Origin: Vicugna vicugna
Lineage: Eukaryota
DNA: 64,000 nt
Assembly (NCBI GenBank): GCA_013265495.1
Contig: MU058645.1
Coordinates: forward strand, 124,001-188,000
Direction of reading: 5' to 3'
This document shows, piece by piece, positions 11,606 through 24,845 of the stretch (the first letter of the stretch is position 1; every line of letters begins with the position of its first letter). The position numbers and the translations under genes were made by a program. The notes under the pieces are model-generated. The model was not told where the DNA came from, did not search any database, and saw only the letters and a list, made by a program, of their open reading frames with translations.

Positions 11606-13569
11606 GAATCCGGAGCCCCTCCCTCTCCCTTTCCAGTACACATCTAATCTAACTTTTCTTATCAGGTACAAACAATATTTAAGGGAGACCAGAGGGAAAG
11701 AGATAATACACTTAAAATAGAGAGAGAAAGGGAATAACAAAGTTTCCTTATGATGGATATTGATTTAAAGGAGAGACAATAAATTTAGGGTAAACGATAG
11801 ATGAAATAAAAACAAAATAGTTCGGTAGAGAATTAGGGCAAAGATAATGCTGTTCCAAAGTAAGTGAACAGAAGAGAGTAGCTGATCTGTTTTTCCCTTT
11901 GACTTGTCTTTTATTACGATGACTAGATTAGATTAGCTGACGGTGGGAAAGCATAACGACATAGCAGTGAGAACGCCTTGTACATAAAGCTCATGTATGC
12001 CTGTCTTGTTCTCTGGAAAGCAGTTGGGCTCATTTCTTTTCTTAACCGCCGTTAAGTTTATTTCTTAAACTGAAATTTGTTCCTTGTGTGTTCAATATTT
12101 GATTGGATTTACTGCCTGAGGAAAAATAGATTATAAAAATAACAGCTAGGTTGGAACTTTTTTAAATTGTGGAAAGCAGTTAATTTGTTCCATAAAAGTA
12201 ATATATGAATTGATCAGATGGATGACTGAGCGCATGAATCTGCAAGTGTTATATATAATCTCTAGAGAGGGGTGGAGGGGCATTTTTAGTATAATAAATC
12301 CAAAGTAACAGGGGAAAATAAATTGCCATTTGTGGCCCCCAATTATAAATAATTTCTGAAAAGTAAAAGGCAGCAAAAGGAGAGCCCTGCTGTGGAGAAG
12401 GGACAGCCCTTCGGCTGTTAGGTAGACATGTGGGAAACAGCAGAGCTCCCTGGGCAGAAACCAGATTTTATAGCAATTGAGAGTAAAGATGTGTGTGCAT
12501 AAAACAAAAGCTAACAAATATAAGAGATTATGTGTATGATTTTAATTGTTTCATAATTTTATGTCTACGAGCATATGAACATACCTAAAAAATTACATTA
12601 AGAAGAGGTAAAACTTAAGTTTTAGAGCCATAAATATAGTAGGAATTCTGTTAGGCTTTCTTTTTTGATGTAAAATCATACACTTTTATTTGAATGTCAA
12701 ATTGAAAGTAGATGCATGGAGAAAAGGTCAGGAATAAAATATCCCTCAAAGCAGTGAACTCAGCCTTGAGAAGTCCAGATGCAAGTTAACAGTTTCACTT
12801 CATCTGTATTATATAAGTTATTAACAATGAGGTTGTCTTTGGGTATATTTCATGTAATTAAGAACACATATAAGAGAGTGAAAACTAACACAGATACAAG
12901 TCAATAGAAAAATACTTTGTAAATACAGAAAAAGAAAATGAGCTTCTGAATATCCCTACTGGTGACAAAGGATAAATATTTTCTTATAATTCCTTGACTC
13001 TTTGCAGATTTTACATTATTCAGTTTGATATAAATATAAAGCAGAAAGTTGTTTTCCTTTTCTTTCCTTCTTTTTTTTTTACAATTCTCCCAACCATGCT
13101 CATTAATATATTTGTACCTATTATTTATTCAACACTTTCTGTTTGGCATGACCTTTCCTAAAATTTATGCCTAATTCCAAATTTTATCTATTGAAATTTA
13201 TGTTCAAAACTTAATCCACAATCTTTTGCAAATCAACCTATATACATTGATTTGTATATAATTAAAATATATGGTTTTAGCAGCAATTAATTTGTGTACC
13301 AATTATCTTGTCATTTAATTCTATTCTCTCTTGTCAAGTCTTGTGTATGTGGAGCGTGCGTGTGTGTGTATGTGGATGTGTGTGCATGTGTGTGGGTGTT
13401 CCCTTCACATGGAGGACAGTTACTCTTCTCAGGATTTGTTTTGGGGGTGTGTTGTAGATCCTACAAGGTACAGAGCATACCATTCTTGATAAAAAACAAA
13501 ACAAAACATGGAAGAGTTGGAGAAGTAAATAAAGAAAAGAGAAACGGGGGAAGAGAGGTTACTTTAATT

Positions 13570-14082
13570 TTTTTTAACTTTTTTTTATTGATTTATAATC
13601 ATTTCACAATGTTGTGTCAAATTCCAGTGTTCAGCACAATTTTTTCAGTTATACATAAACATATATATATTCATTGTCATATGTTTTTCTGTGAGCTACC
13701 ATAAGATTTTGTGTATATTTCCCTGTGCTCTACAGTATAATCTTGTTTATCTATTCCACAATTTTGAAATCCTGTCTATCCCTTCCCACCCACCACCCCC
13801 TTGGCAACCACAAGTTTGTATTCTATGTCTATGAGTCTATTTCTGTTTTGTATTTATGCTTTGTTTGTTTTTGGTTTGTTTTTGGTTTTTGTTTTTGTTT
13901 TTGTTTTTTAGATTCCACATAAGAGCGATCTCATATGATATTTTTTTCTCTTTCTGGCTTACTTCACTTAGAATGACATTCTCCAGGAACATCCATGTTG
14001 CTGCAAATGGTGTTATGTTGTCGGTTTTTATGGCTGAGTAGTATTCCATTGTATAAATATACCACATCTTCTTTATCCAGTC
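13570..14082 (-). mobile_element. Young 5'-truncated L1 3' end (camelid type)
   Basis: Poly-T tail; ORF2 C-terminus WYIYTMEYYSAIK...FAATW on the minus strand; perfect 18-bp TSD agagaggttactttaatt (13552-13569 and 14083-14100). Confidence 0.95.
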
Positions 14083-14479
14083 AGAGAGGTTACTTTAATT
14101 AAATAAGTAGGTCAACATGGCTGTTCATGAAGGTCTGAGGGCAGTGGAGTCAAAAATTATCTGCAGCATGTTTTCCAGATGAGAACTCCCACCCCCTATT
14201 GGCCACGGAATCAAGGCCAAGGTAAATTGGCCCATTTGGAAAAGCTTTGGAGGTTATTCCTTTAGTCCCTCTCACTTCTCTTTCTGGCTTCCCTACAACC
14301 CTACTGAGGACCACTAATTTAATGAGGTAGCCGTACAAAGGAAGACGGGATACACAGTGGCAGGTGGGATACACAGTGGCACGTTGAGGAGACAGGGTTG
14401 CATTATTCCTTTTTTTTTCACACTAGAACAAAAAACAAACACCTCGCCAGTGGGCTAATTGCCTGCAGGAACGTTATCA

Positions 14480-15240
14480 ACCAACTTAATTTTTAAAGAA
14501 AATATAAAGTATCTATTTCTATCCAAAATGAAATTGCATGAAGAAAACGGTAATAAAAAGATAGCTAGATAATCTCTAAATACTTGAAAATGATACAACT
14601 CAGTTCTAAGTAGCTCAGAGGTCAAATGAAAAATTACAAAATATTTAAATATTTAGAATAGAAGTGAAACCAGAATCTATCAAAAATATTAGGAAGGAAA
14701 GAGGGAATACCATTCCAGACAGTATAGAAATTAAAAGAATGAAATGAGAAAATTATAAACAATCTTATGCAAGTGAATTATATACATACTTGAAAGAGAC
14801 AGATTTTTTGAGAAACACAAACTTTTAAAGTCTACTCAAAAAATTATACATAGAAAGCTAACCAGAGTGCCTTATACCTACTGAAAATGTAATACTGTAC
14901 TTAAGAAGCCCGCTCACAGGGCAAACTCAAGGACCAAGTGGCTCCCTGGTAAATTACACAAAACGTTTAAGAAAAAAATAGTTAAAGTTATAAACAAAAA
15001 TTTTAAGAAAATATAAAATGAATAGACACGTTTCAGTTCATCTTTGAGGCCAGTATTACAGCAAGAGCAAATGAAGGACCCTGTAAGATAGAAAAAAAGA
15101 GACTACAGACCAATGTCTTTAAAAATACTATTAAAATATCCTAAATATAATTTTAACAAACAGACTCCAACAATATCATGACTACATGGAGTGTTTTTTC
15201 CCCCAAAAATGCAATATTGGTTTAACATTTAAAAACACAT
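14480..15240 (+). mobile_element. Old L1 ORF2 fragment
   Basis: Degenerate ORF2 motifs (ctactgaaaatgtaat, ctttgaggccagtattac, gactacagaccaatgtc, atgcaatattggtttaacattt). Confidence 0.7.
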
Positions 15241-15244
15241 TAAA

Positions 15245-17330
15245 GGGGTTTCTGATACTTCACGTAAGGAGCTTGGAAGCTGCCACTCCTTTCAAACAAG
15301 TCAAAGGCTGAACAAATTGAAAAGTCAACAACTCTTTTAGGCTCCATAAGAGAGGGGAGGACACAGGGAAACTGGAAGGACAGACAGAATACATGGAGTC
15401 AAGGTTTCCCAGAGCAGAGCCTCAGGAGAGGAAATGTGGTGGGAACCCGTGCCAGGAGGGGAAACCTGGGCCATAACTGAAGGCCTGCTGGAAGTTCAGC
15501 GTGCACAACTGCGAGAGTGAAAACCTGCAGCGGACCCAGTTACAGGGGAGCTCCTACAGTGATGTGAGATTTACCTCCAGGGGCCGCACCACGTTCCCCT
15601 AGAAATATCTGAAAAACATCTCCTTCCGGGAGAAGAAGCAGAAAAGGAACCATTTTGGAAAATCCCAGAGCTCTCTGTTCTTAACCAGGCGTGCTCTCAG
15701 GGGAAACTAGTTACCTGAGCTTAACCAGCTGCGGTACTGGAAGAGCCTAACCAGTCTGGAGGAGGAGAATAGCCAGCTCCAGCGTACTCCAGCTGTGCTG
15801 CTCTGCTTCGGGCAGAGGGAGAGAAAACGGACAAACACTTGGGGAGTTACGTCAAGAGATACAGGCTCACTGAAAGACTAAGCCAAAATCTTAGGAAAAT
15901 AGACTCCTTCCCCACCCAACACCTTGCTACCATCTTACTAAAGGTGAATATATGGTGTCTCTTCTACTCAGTTCATCATACGTGGCTATCAGGAACACAT
16001 GACAAAGCAAACCAAAAGGCAAAACATTAGAAAAGACAAGACAAGCATCAGAACCAGATGTGGACGAGATGGTAGAATTATCAGACTGAGAATTTAAAAC
16101 AAATATACAACTAGGATTAATGTGCTAAGGGATAAAGTGGACAGCATTCAATAACAGGTGGTCAATCTAAGCAAAGAGATGGAAATTTCTAAGAAAGAAC
16201 AAATGGGAAATGCTAGCAATTAAAAAATTCTTAACGAAAATGAAGACTGCCTTTCATTGTCTTATTAGTAGACTGAGCACAACTGAAGAAGATTCTCTGA
16301 ACCAGAGGATGTATTGATAGAATTCTAAAAGACTGAAAAGCAAAAAGAACAAAGACTTAAGAAAAGAAGAAAATGTACAAGGACTTTGGGACAGCTACAA
16401 TAAGTGTAGCACACACGTAATGAGAATATCAGGAGGAGAAGAAAGAGAGACAGGAATAGAAGAAATACTTGAATTAATAACAAGTGAAAATTTCTCCAAA
16501 TTAATGATAGACATCCAACCACAGTTATGCCAGTACGCATATTATTTTCAAATTAGATCATATCGAAGAAAAAGAGTGAATATTAAAAGAAATCAGAGAG
16601 AAAAACCACCTTATCGAGGAACAAAGATTAGAATTAGATTTGTCTTCTCAGAAATCATGGAAGTAAGAACAAAGTGGAATACAATATTTGAAATGAGAAA
16701 AAAAATCAGTCTAGAATTCTGCACCATGCAAGATTGTCCTTCAAAAGTGAAGGTGAAATAAAAATTTTCTCAGACAAACAATATTTGAAGCAATTTATTA
16801 CCAGTATACCTGCTTTGCAAAAAATATTAGAACATGCTCTTTAGAGAGAAGAAAAATAATGTGTATCAGAAACTTTTGCCTACAGAAAGAAGAGCACTGA
16901 AGAAGGAATAAAGATAAATTTTTAAAAATTATTCTTAATTGATTGGACAGATAGCAATTTGTTCAAAATAATATATAAATGGCAAATTATAATATGAAGG
17001 TGCTTCACATCTTATGTCTTCAGACAAATGCAAATGAAACAACAGTGAAATACGTATACACATCTGTCAGAACAGCCGAAATCCACAGCACTGGCAACTC
17101 TAAATGCTGGAGAGGAGGTGAAATAATAATTGTTGGTGGCAATGCAAGATAGCACGGCCACTTTAGGAGACAGTTTGATAGATTCTTATGAAACAAAACA
17201 ATCTTCTCATGTGATCCAGCAATCATTTACTCAGAGAAATTGAAATTTTATGTCAGACAAAACTGCATACAGTTGTTACAGCAGCTTATAACATTACTGC
17301 CAAAATTTGGAACCAAATAGGATGTTCTTC
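15245..17330 (+). mobile_element. Old L1M 5'UTR, ORF1 relic and 3' fragment
   Basis: ORF1-like peptide RISGGEERETGIEEILELITSENFSKLM...; ccttcaaaagtgaaggtgaaataaaaattttctcagacaaaca; 3' ORF2 motifs at 17000-17330. Confidence 0.75.
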
Positions 17331-17439
17331 CGAATATCTTTTAATATCATTTAAAGAACTGAGAAAATGTCAAAGTAGCAAGAACAGAGATTAGATAGTG
17401 AGGCGTGGACAAAAACACTCAGTTCATGTTAAGAATTCT

Positions 17440-17945
17440 TTTTCTTTTAAAGACTGTTTTTTAGAACAGTTTTAGGTTTACAACAACATTGAAAGGAAAG
17501 TATAGAAGTTTCCCATACACCCCTCGCCATAGCATGCTCAGCCTCCACTGTTATCAGTGTCCCCCAGCAGGGTGGCACATTTGTTACAACTGATGAACCT
17601 ACAGCGATGCAATGTAATTACCAAAAGTCTGTTGCTTCCTTAGAGTTCCTTCTTAGTGTCGTACTTTCCATGGGTTTGGAAAAATGTATTCTAACATATG
17701 TCCATCATTATCTTATCATACAGAGCGTTTTCACTGCTCTAAGATTTTTCTATGTTCTATCAATTTATCTCTCACCCCCAACCGCTAACAACTACTCATC
17801 TTTTTTTTTTTCCCCTTTTTCCATTGTTTTGCATTTTCTGCAACGTCATATAATTGGAATCAAGAGTATGAAGGCTTTTCGGATTGGCTTCTTTTTGCTT
17901 CCAAGTTTGGCAATTATGAAAAAAGCTGCTATAAACACCCATGTT
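17440..17945 (-). mobile_element. L1MC-like 3' end
   Basis: ttttagaacagttttaggtttaca...ggtggcacatttgttacaactgatgaacctaca...ccaagtttggcaattatgaaaaaagctgctataaaca. Confidence 0.75.
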
Positions 17946-18039
17946 TAGAGAAGAACCCACGGTTGTTCTTCTTTATTCTAAAAATAAGAATCCATTATTT
18001 TTTTCTAATCATGAAAGAGCCACTTTTACAAAAACTTAC

Positions 18040-18119
18040 TTCGGGTACTCAGTGAATGGAGTTGCAAAGAGGACTTCTCAGACGATCACTGCAATGCCTG
18101 CCAATCCCACTACTGGCTA
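18040..18119 (-). other. Candidate 80-nt non-coding exon
   Basis: Unique island between L1s; acceptor ttaattttgtacAG (18120-18121) and donor GAA|GTAAGT (18039); stops in all three frames. Confidence 0.3.
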
Positions 18120-18169
18120 CTGTACAAAATTAATAAATACAGTTTCCTTTCTCAGAAGTTCACATTAAA

Positions 18170-19075
18170 ATCTTTAATAGAAAATGTACATGTTTAATGA
18201 TTCAAATTTTCTGTTTGTATTTTGTGTCTGTTTTAGTAAGTTTCACTTTTCGTGTAACTTTCCTGTTTTTATCTATACTGCTGAATATGCTGAAAGAAAG
18301 GTATTCATAGTAATTTCTTTTTATTTTGTGATGCACATAGTAAATCTTTCATCCCTAATATTTGCACTTTAGGTACCTCTCTTTTTATCTTGTTAAGAAT
18401 AGTTTGGCGTTTGTCAATTTTGTTGATCTGTCCCCGCAAATGACTTTTGCTGTGATAAGTTTTTCCTCTTGCTTCTCTGTATTCGGTGTCTCTGGTTTCT
18501 ATTATCATCTGTATTATTTTCTTCTTCCAACTTAGATTAATTTCTTCTCTCTAGTTACATTATTTGCTGTCCTTCTATTTTCTAGCTTCTAAGAGTAGAA
18601 ATTTAGATCATTGAATTTAGATGTTTATTCCTCTCAAATAGATGCATTTAACAGTCTCATTTCCCTGTGATCACTCCTTTAGTTATCTTGTCTTTTCATT
18701 TTAATTTTATTTGAGATATTTCATAGACTTTTATGCTTTCTTCTTTGACCCATTTATTAAGACTGTGTCATTTAATTTCCAAATATCTTATTTTATTGAC
18801 TTCTCAGTTAATCACATTATAGTGACAGAACATGCTCTATATGACAGAAATCTACTAAATTTATGGAGACATCATTTACGTGAAGGATATGCTCTGTCCT
18901 GGTGACAATACCACATGCATTTGAAAATAACATATATTCGGCAGTTGTTGGGTATGATGCTCTATTATTGACAGCTCCTGTGTTTGATAGTGTTGTTCAA
19001 ATAATATATTATGCCTTTCTATTTGTTTTGTCTAGTTTTCTATCAACATCTGAGGGAGGGAAAATATTAACTTTT
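18170..19075 (-). mobile_element. Old L1 ORF2 fragment
   Basis: tttgtcaattttgttgatct, tttaatttccaaatat, catgcatttgaaaataacatatattcggcagttgttggg. Confidence 0.65.
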
Positions 19076-19249
19076 CACTGGAAAACATTTGTGATCTGTG
19101 ACTATGTAACTATCTTGTTAACATATTTTGTCTCTCTGTATATGCACATTTGTAAGGTAATATATATACTCAAAATACATAAAACAATATATAAACACAC
19201 TTTATATATATATTTAGTATATGTAATTTAGGTAATATTAATGAAAGAA

Positions 19250-20926
19250 TTATTACAAAATCAACATTCAAAAATCAGTTGCACTTTTTTACACTAATGA
19301 TGAATCAACAGAAAAAGAAAGTAAACAACCCCCTTTAAAATAGCACCCAAAGTAGTAAAATACCTAGGAATAAATCTAACCAAGGAGGCGAAAGAATTAT
19401 ACACAGAAAACTATAAACCATTGATGAAGGAAATTAAAGAAGACTTAAAAAAATGGAATGATATCCCATGCTTTTGGATTGGAAGAATCAATATTGTTAA
19501 AATGGTCACACTGCCCAAGGCAATCTATGGATTTAATGCAATCCCTATCAAATTATCCAGGACATATTTCACAGAACTCGAACAAATCATAATAAAATTC
19601 ATATGGAACCTTCAAAGACCTAGAAATGCTCTTACTGAAGAGAAAGAAAGGGGCTGGAGGGATAACTCTCCCAGACTTCAGACAATACTACAGAGCTACA
19701 GTCATCAAGACAGCGTGGTATTGGTACAAAAACAGACATATGGACCAATGGAACAGAATAGAGAGCCCAGAAATGAACCCACAAACTTTTGGTCAACTAA
19801 TCTTTGACAAAGGAGGAAAGAATATACAATGGAATAAAGACAGTCTCTTCAGCAAATGGTGCTGGGAAAACTGGATAGCAGCATGTAAAACGATGAAGCT
19901 AGAACACACCCTTACACCATACACAAAAATCAACTCAAAATGGGTCAAAGACTTAAATATAAGACAAGATACAATAAACCTCCTAGAAGAAAACATAGGC
20001 AAAACATTATCTGACATACATTTCAAAAATTTTCTCCTAGAAGAAATAAAAGCAAGAATAAACAAATGGGACCTAATGAAACTTACAAGCTTCTGCACAG
20101 CAAAGGAAACCAGAAATAAAACAAGAAGAAAACCTACGGAATGGGAGAAAATTTTTGCAAGTGAAACCNNNNNNNNNNNNNNNNNNNNNNNNNNNNNNNN
20201 NNNNNNNNNNNNNNNNNNNNNNNNNNNNNNNNNNNNNNNNNNNNNNNNNNNNNNNNNNNNNNNNNNNNNNNNNNNNNNNNNNNNNNNNNNNNNNNNNNNN
20301 NNNNNNNNNNNNNNNNNNNNNNNNNNNNNNNNNNNNNNNNNNNNNNNNNNNNNNNNNNNNNNNNNNNNNNNNNNNNNNNNNNNNNNNNNNNNNNNNNNNN
20401 NNNNNNNNNNNNNNNNNNNNNNNNNNNNNNNNNNNNNNNNNNNNNNNNNNNNNNNNNNNNNNNNNNNNNNNNNNNNNNNNNNNNNNNNNNNNNNNNNNNN
20501 NNNNNNNNNNNNNNNNNNNNNNNNNNNNNNNNNNNNNNNNNNNNNNNNNNNNNNNNNNNNNNNNNNNNNNNNNNNNNNNNNNNNNNNNNNNNNNNNNNNN
20601 NNNNNNNNNNNNNNNNNNNAAAAAAAAAAAACAGACAAAACATAAATACAAAACAGAAACAGACTCATAGATATAGAATATAAACTTGTGGTTGCCAAGG
20701 TGGGGGGTGGGAAGGGACAGACTGGGATTTCAAAATGTAGAATAGATAAACAAGATTATACTGTATAGCACAGGGAAATATATACAAGATCTTATGGTAG
20801 CTCACAGAGAAAAAAATGTGACAATGAATGTATATATGTTCATGTATTACTGAAAAATTGTGTTCTACACTGAAATTTGACATAACATTGTAAAATGATT
20901 ATAAATCAATTAAAAATGTTAAAAAA
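19250..20926 (+). mobile_element. Young 5'-truncated L1 (ORF2 C-terminal half plus 3'UTR), frameshifted
   Basis: ORF2 peptides [26 protein letters not shown] and [27 protein letters not shown]...EWEKIFA lie in two frames (shift near 19625); 3'UTR and A-rich tail at ~20620-20926. Confidence 0.95.
20169..20619. other. Assembly gap (451 N)
   Basis: Run of N inside the young L1. Confidence 1.
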
Positions 20927-21781
20927 TAATTTTGTTTCATTTTCTTCTTTCTCAGTTACATAATTTTGTGGAAAATATAGCTTGTTAGTCATGTGACTAG
21001 CGATTCCAGTTATCTAGGTGGTAGTCTGCTAAATTCCAGCCTCTCTCTGTTATGAGCTGATCAACTTATGTAAGATCAACAGAGCAAAACCAAACCCAAG
21101 CAAGTTAACAAATAATATTCTTTATTAAATTTTCTTTCAAATGGATAAGTTTGCATGCTTTTTTAACAAACAGATACTTTGTACTGAAGGTCTTCATTGT
21201 TGTTCAAGTGTAATTGCCAATAATTGTATTACTCAGGAAGTCTGTTTTTCAACAACTCCAGGCATAACACTGGATATATTTTATGTGAGCTGATAGTTGC
21301 TATGCAGTTGAAAATGTTATTTTCTATTACTAACATACAGTAGAAAATTTTCTTCTTATGACAACATAACATGCCATGTCCTTAAAGATATTTATTTATA
21401 TTGATTCAGTGAATAATGTATAAAAATGACAATTTAAGAGAGCATTCCAATACACTTTTTTCTTTCTCTTTTACTTTTGGTCGTGGCCGTGGCTAGTTCT
21501 GGAATTCTGCCTGAAATACACTTTTGTTTTAGCCTTACTGAAATACAGTTATATATTAGCAGTGTTTATTTTGTGTCTCTCTGGCGATGAAGTAGCTCAG
21601 CAGAGCTTGGCCTCTGGGTAAGAAGATACTATTGAGTTAGCCTTGGCTATAAATTGGTATCACTGGGATGGACAACTACTTATATTAGTGTCGTATTTTT
21701 CACAAGATGCCATATTCTGAAATACTTCCCATTCATCATTCTAAGAGCTCAGCAAGGATCTTCTGTCGTCTTTGTTGTCCG

Positions 21782-22040
21782 GGTCAGTTCGCTCTGGAGC
21801 TTAGCGGGGTGACACTGAGGCCAAGGTTTGGTTTTAGTCCCTGTGTGGGCCAGCTAGCTTCTCAGTAAAAAAAAAAAATACCAGCCCTGTGCACAGCTAC
21901 CACCTGCACGTCTCACCTTCTGTCCTGTAGTTGCACATTAAGGGTTATAAAAGTGATATGTCTCAGGGATGTAGATGACACAGTACAATTCATCATTAAT
22001 ATTAGGGGAAAAAATTCAAGGCAAATATTCCCATGATCTG
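21782..22040 (+). mobile_element. Ancient tRNA-Ile-headed SINE (MamSINE1-like)
   Basis: Degenerate tRNA-Ile head ggtcagttcgctc...tgaggccaaggtttggttttagtccctgtgtgggccagctagctt, then a body motif gtacaattcatcatt...ggggaaaaaattcaaggcaaatattccc. Confidence 0.6.
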
Positions 22041-22814
22041 GCATTTCTTTATTCTTCAACAAGAAAACATAGACATTGAATTGAAGCTATATATGCTTGC
22101 ATTAAGTAAATTTTTTTTATGTTGAAGTTGATAATTTCTTTTTGAATTTGGGATATTGAAGGATACAGCAGATCGGTGCTTGAACTTTGGAATCCTTTTA
22201 AAGCTCACAGTGTGCCATGGGCACCAGCCCTAGATGCATGAGTCTGTAGGCTCAGAAGGTCCTTTAGATTAATCTGAAACTATTATTCTTCCAGTCTTCC
22301 ATGATGGGCGTATTTGGCCTTTTTTCACCTGCGTGCGTTTATTATCCAGCTTTGTTTGCACTGACAAATGCATTCTTACCTGTGCAGGTGGCTGGGGCCA
22401 GGTGTATCCTAAGGTTACTCTTCCACCTTCTAGTAGTTGAATTTTGCTATAATGATCCATGATTTTGGAACACTGTCCTTGCCGGTACTACCTTTGACTC
22501 CATTATTGAGAGAAACAGATTAAGCTCTTACCATCTTTCTCTAGCCATTAGACAAAAATGTTTGCTGACTGTTTGCTTTCTTCAAAATGATGTATAAATA
22601 GAGAAAACAATAGTGAACTGCTCTAAGAAACCTGCCATTAACGTATAGGAAATAAGAAGTGGGCAAATTTAATTTTAATTCACTCACGGGTCATGACCAA
22701 TGGGTGTGGAGAAGATAAAAGCAATGCAGTTCGGAACCTTTCGGATCCCGCGCTGTGCTGCACGCTGAGTTCATTGCTTTGAATTTCATTCTCCTCAGTG
22801 CACTTCAGCAGAAA

Positions 22815-23030
22815 GAGCATAGAATTTGGAAACCAACACAATTATATTTAATGTTTCCTTGTCACTTCTAGTTATGTGACCTAAAGTAAGTTGATTAGCA
22901 TCCCCAAACTTCGATTCCTCACCCATAAATGGAGGATGGTAACATGCACTTTGAAGACTTTTCATGAGAATTCACAACAATATCTGAAAATAAGCACCCT
23001 TTCTGTTATGTAAGTAGGTGTTCAGAAAAT
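22815..23030 (+). mobile_element. MIR SINE
   Basis: Core cacttctagttatgtgacctaaagtaagttg...cttcgattcctcacccataaatggaggatggtaac, and tail taagtaggtgttcagaaaatg. Confidence 0.75.
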
Positions 23031-23549
23031 GTCAAATGAATAAACATATAAACAGATGAATAAGAAAGTAAATTATACCTTGCTTCTAATGAAAACTTTG
23101 TATTTCTTTAAAAGAATAACACAAGTTTAAGATTATTACATCCTTTATATTGTCTCTCAAAGCATACATTCTCTCGCATTCCACCCGCTGAGGACCTCAG
23201 CCTAGGTCTTCACCACATCGCGAGTGGACTGCAGGAACAGTACCCTCACTAGTCACCCCTTCCTCTGCAACTCTCCTCATTTTTTTCAACTCACCTTGAA
23301 TATAATTTTCATACAAATCTTATATTTTATCAGCTATTTGCTTTAAAATCATCAAATACCTACACGAATATCCAAGGCTTGACCTTCTTATCATTATCTC
23401 CTGCTATTCTTCTTTTCACAAAGCAAAACAAACCAAAAAACAGCCAACACAACCCATTTATTTGCAATGTAATCTAAATAAACTCTCACATGGTACATGT
23501 AGATAGATGGAGTCAAAACACCGATATTTGTCAACTTTGTCATCAGATT

Positions 23550-24845
23550 TTTTCCCCAGGTTTATTGATATTATTGACACATAACATTGTGTAAGTTGAA
23601 GGTGTACAAAGTAATGATTTGATACATGTAAAGATGGCAAAATGATTATCACATTAAGGTTCGTTAACACATCCATCATCTCTCATAGTTACATTTTCAC
23701 CCATTTTCCCCACCCCTCCATCTCCTGCTCTTGAAAATCAACTCTCCGTTTATATGAGTTTGGGTTTTTAGATTCCACATATAAGTGAGATCATTCAGTA
23801 TTTGTCTTTCTCTGATTTATTTCACTTAGCACAACGACTCCAAAGTCCCTCCGTGTTGTAGTAAATGCAGAGTTTTCTTCATGTGATGGGTGAATAATAT
23901 TCCATTGTGTGTGTTTATATGTCACATCTTCTTTATCCACCCACTCATCTGTTGACGGACATTTAGATTGTTTCCATGTCTTCACGATTGTAACTAATGT
24001 TGCAGTGAACATGGGGGATGCAGCCATCTCTTCAAAATGGTGATTTCATTTCCTTTCAATATATGCACAGAAGTGGAGTTGGTGGATTACATTGTAGTTA
24101 TATTTTTAATTTTTTGAGGAACTGTCACACTGTGTTCCATAGTGGCTGCACTAACTTACATTTTTACAAACAGAATATGAGTGTTCCCTTTTCTCTACAT
24201 TCTTGCCCCATTTGTTTTCCCTTGATTTTTTGATAAATCATTCTAACAGTTGACCTCATTGTGGTTTTGATTTGCATTTCCCTGAAAAGTTCCCTTTTCA
24301 TTTTGTTGATCATTTCCTTTGCTGTTCAGAAGATTTTTTGTTGATGTAGTCACACTTGTTTATTTTTGTTTTGTTGGTTTTGCTTTTGGTGTCATTTCCA
24401 TAAAATCATTGCTAAGAACCAATATCAAATAAATTTTCCCTGTATTTTCTTCTAAGAGTTTTACAGTTTCAATTCTTATGTTTAAGTCTTTAATCCTTTC
24501 TCTGTTAATTTTTATGGGTGGTGTTAAGATAAGGGTCCAGATTCATTCCTTTGCATGTGAATATCCAGTTTTCCCAGTACCATGTATTAAAGATACTGTC
24601 TTTCCTCCATTGCATATTCTTGGCTTCTGTGTCAAATATTAGTTGATTGTACAGGCATAGTTTTATTTCTGAGCTCTCAATTCTGTTCTAATGGTCTATT
24701 TTTATGCCAGTACCATACGGTTTCCACTACGACAGTTTTGCAATATAGCTTGAAATCAGCAAGTGTGATGCTTCCATCTCTGTTCTTAGTTCTTAGAATC
24801 GCTTTGACTCTTTTGGGGCTTTTGTGGTTTCATACAAATTTTAAA
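23550..24845 (-). mobile_element. L1 3' part (L1MA9-like)
   Basis: Minus-strand peptide PMFTATLVTIVKTWKQSKCPSTDEW; 3' end tttattgatattattgacacataacattgtgtaagttgaaggtgtac. Confidence 0.85.

Noticed and set aside
14347..14381. Direct repeat gggatacacagtggca x2
   Set aside because: Only two copies with a 3-nt spacer; an ordinary local tandem duplication, not an array.
19421..20698. Long ORFs (339, 301, 192, 169, 171 aa)
   Set aside because: L1 ORF2 remnant with a frameshift; lengths are inflated by the N gap; not a host gene.
20988..20997. GTCATGTGAC MITF/TFE-type motif
   Set aside because: Single isolated motif with no supporting context.
21782..21855. tRNA-Ile-like sequence
   Set aside because: A and B boxes and stems are degenerate; it is the head of an ancient SINE.
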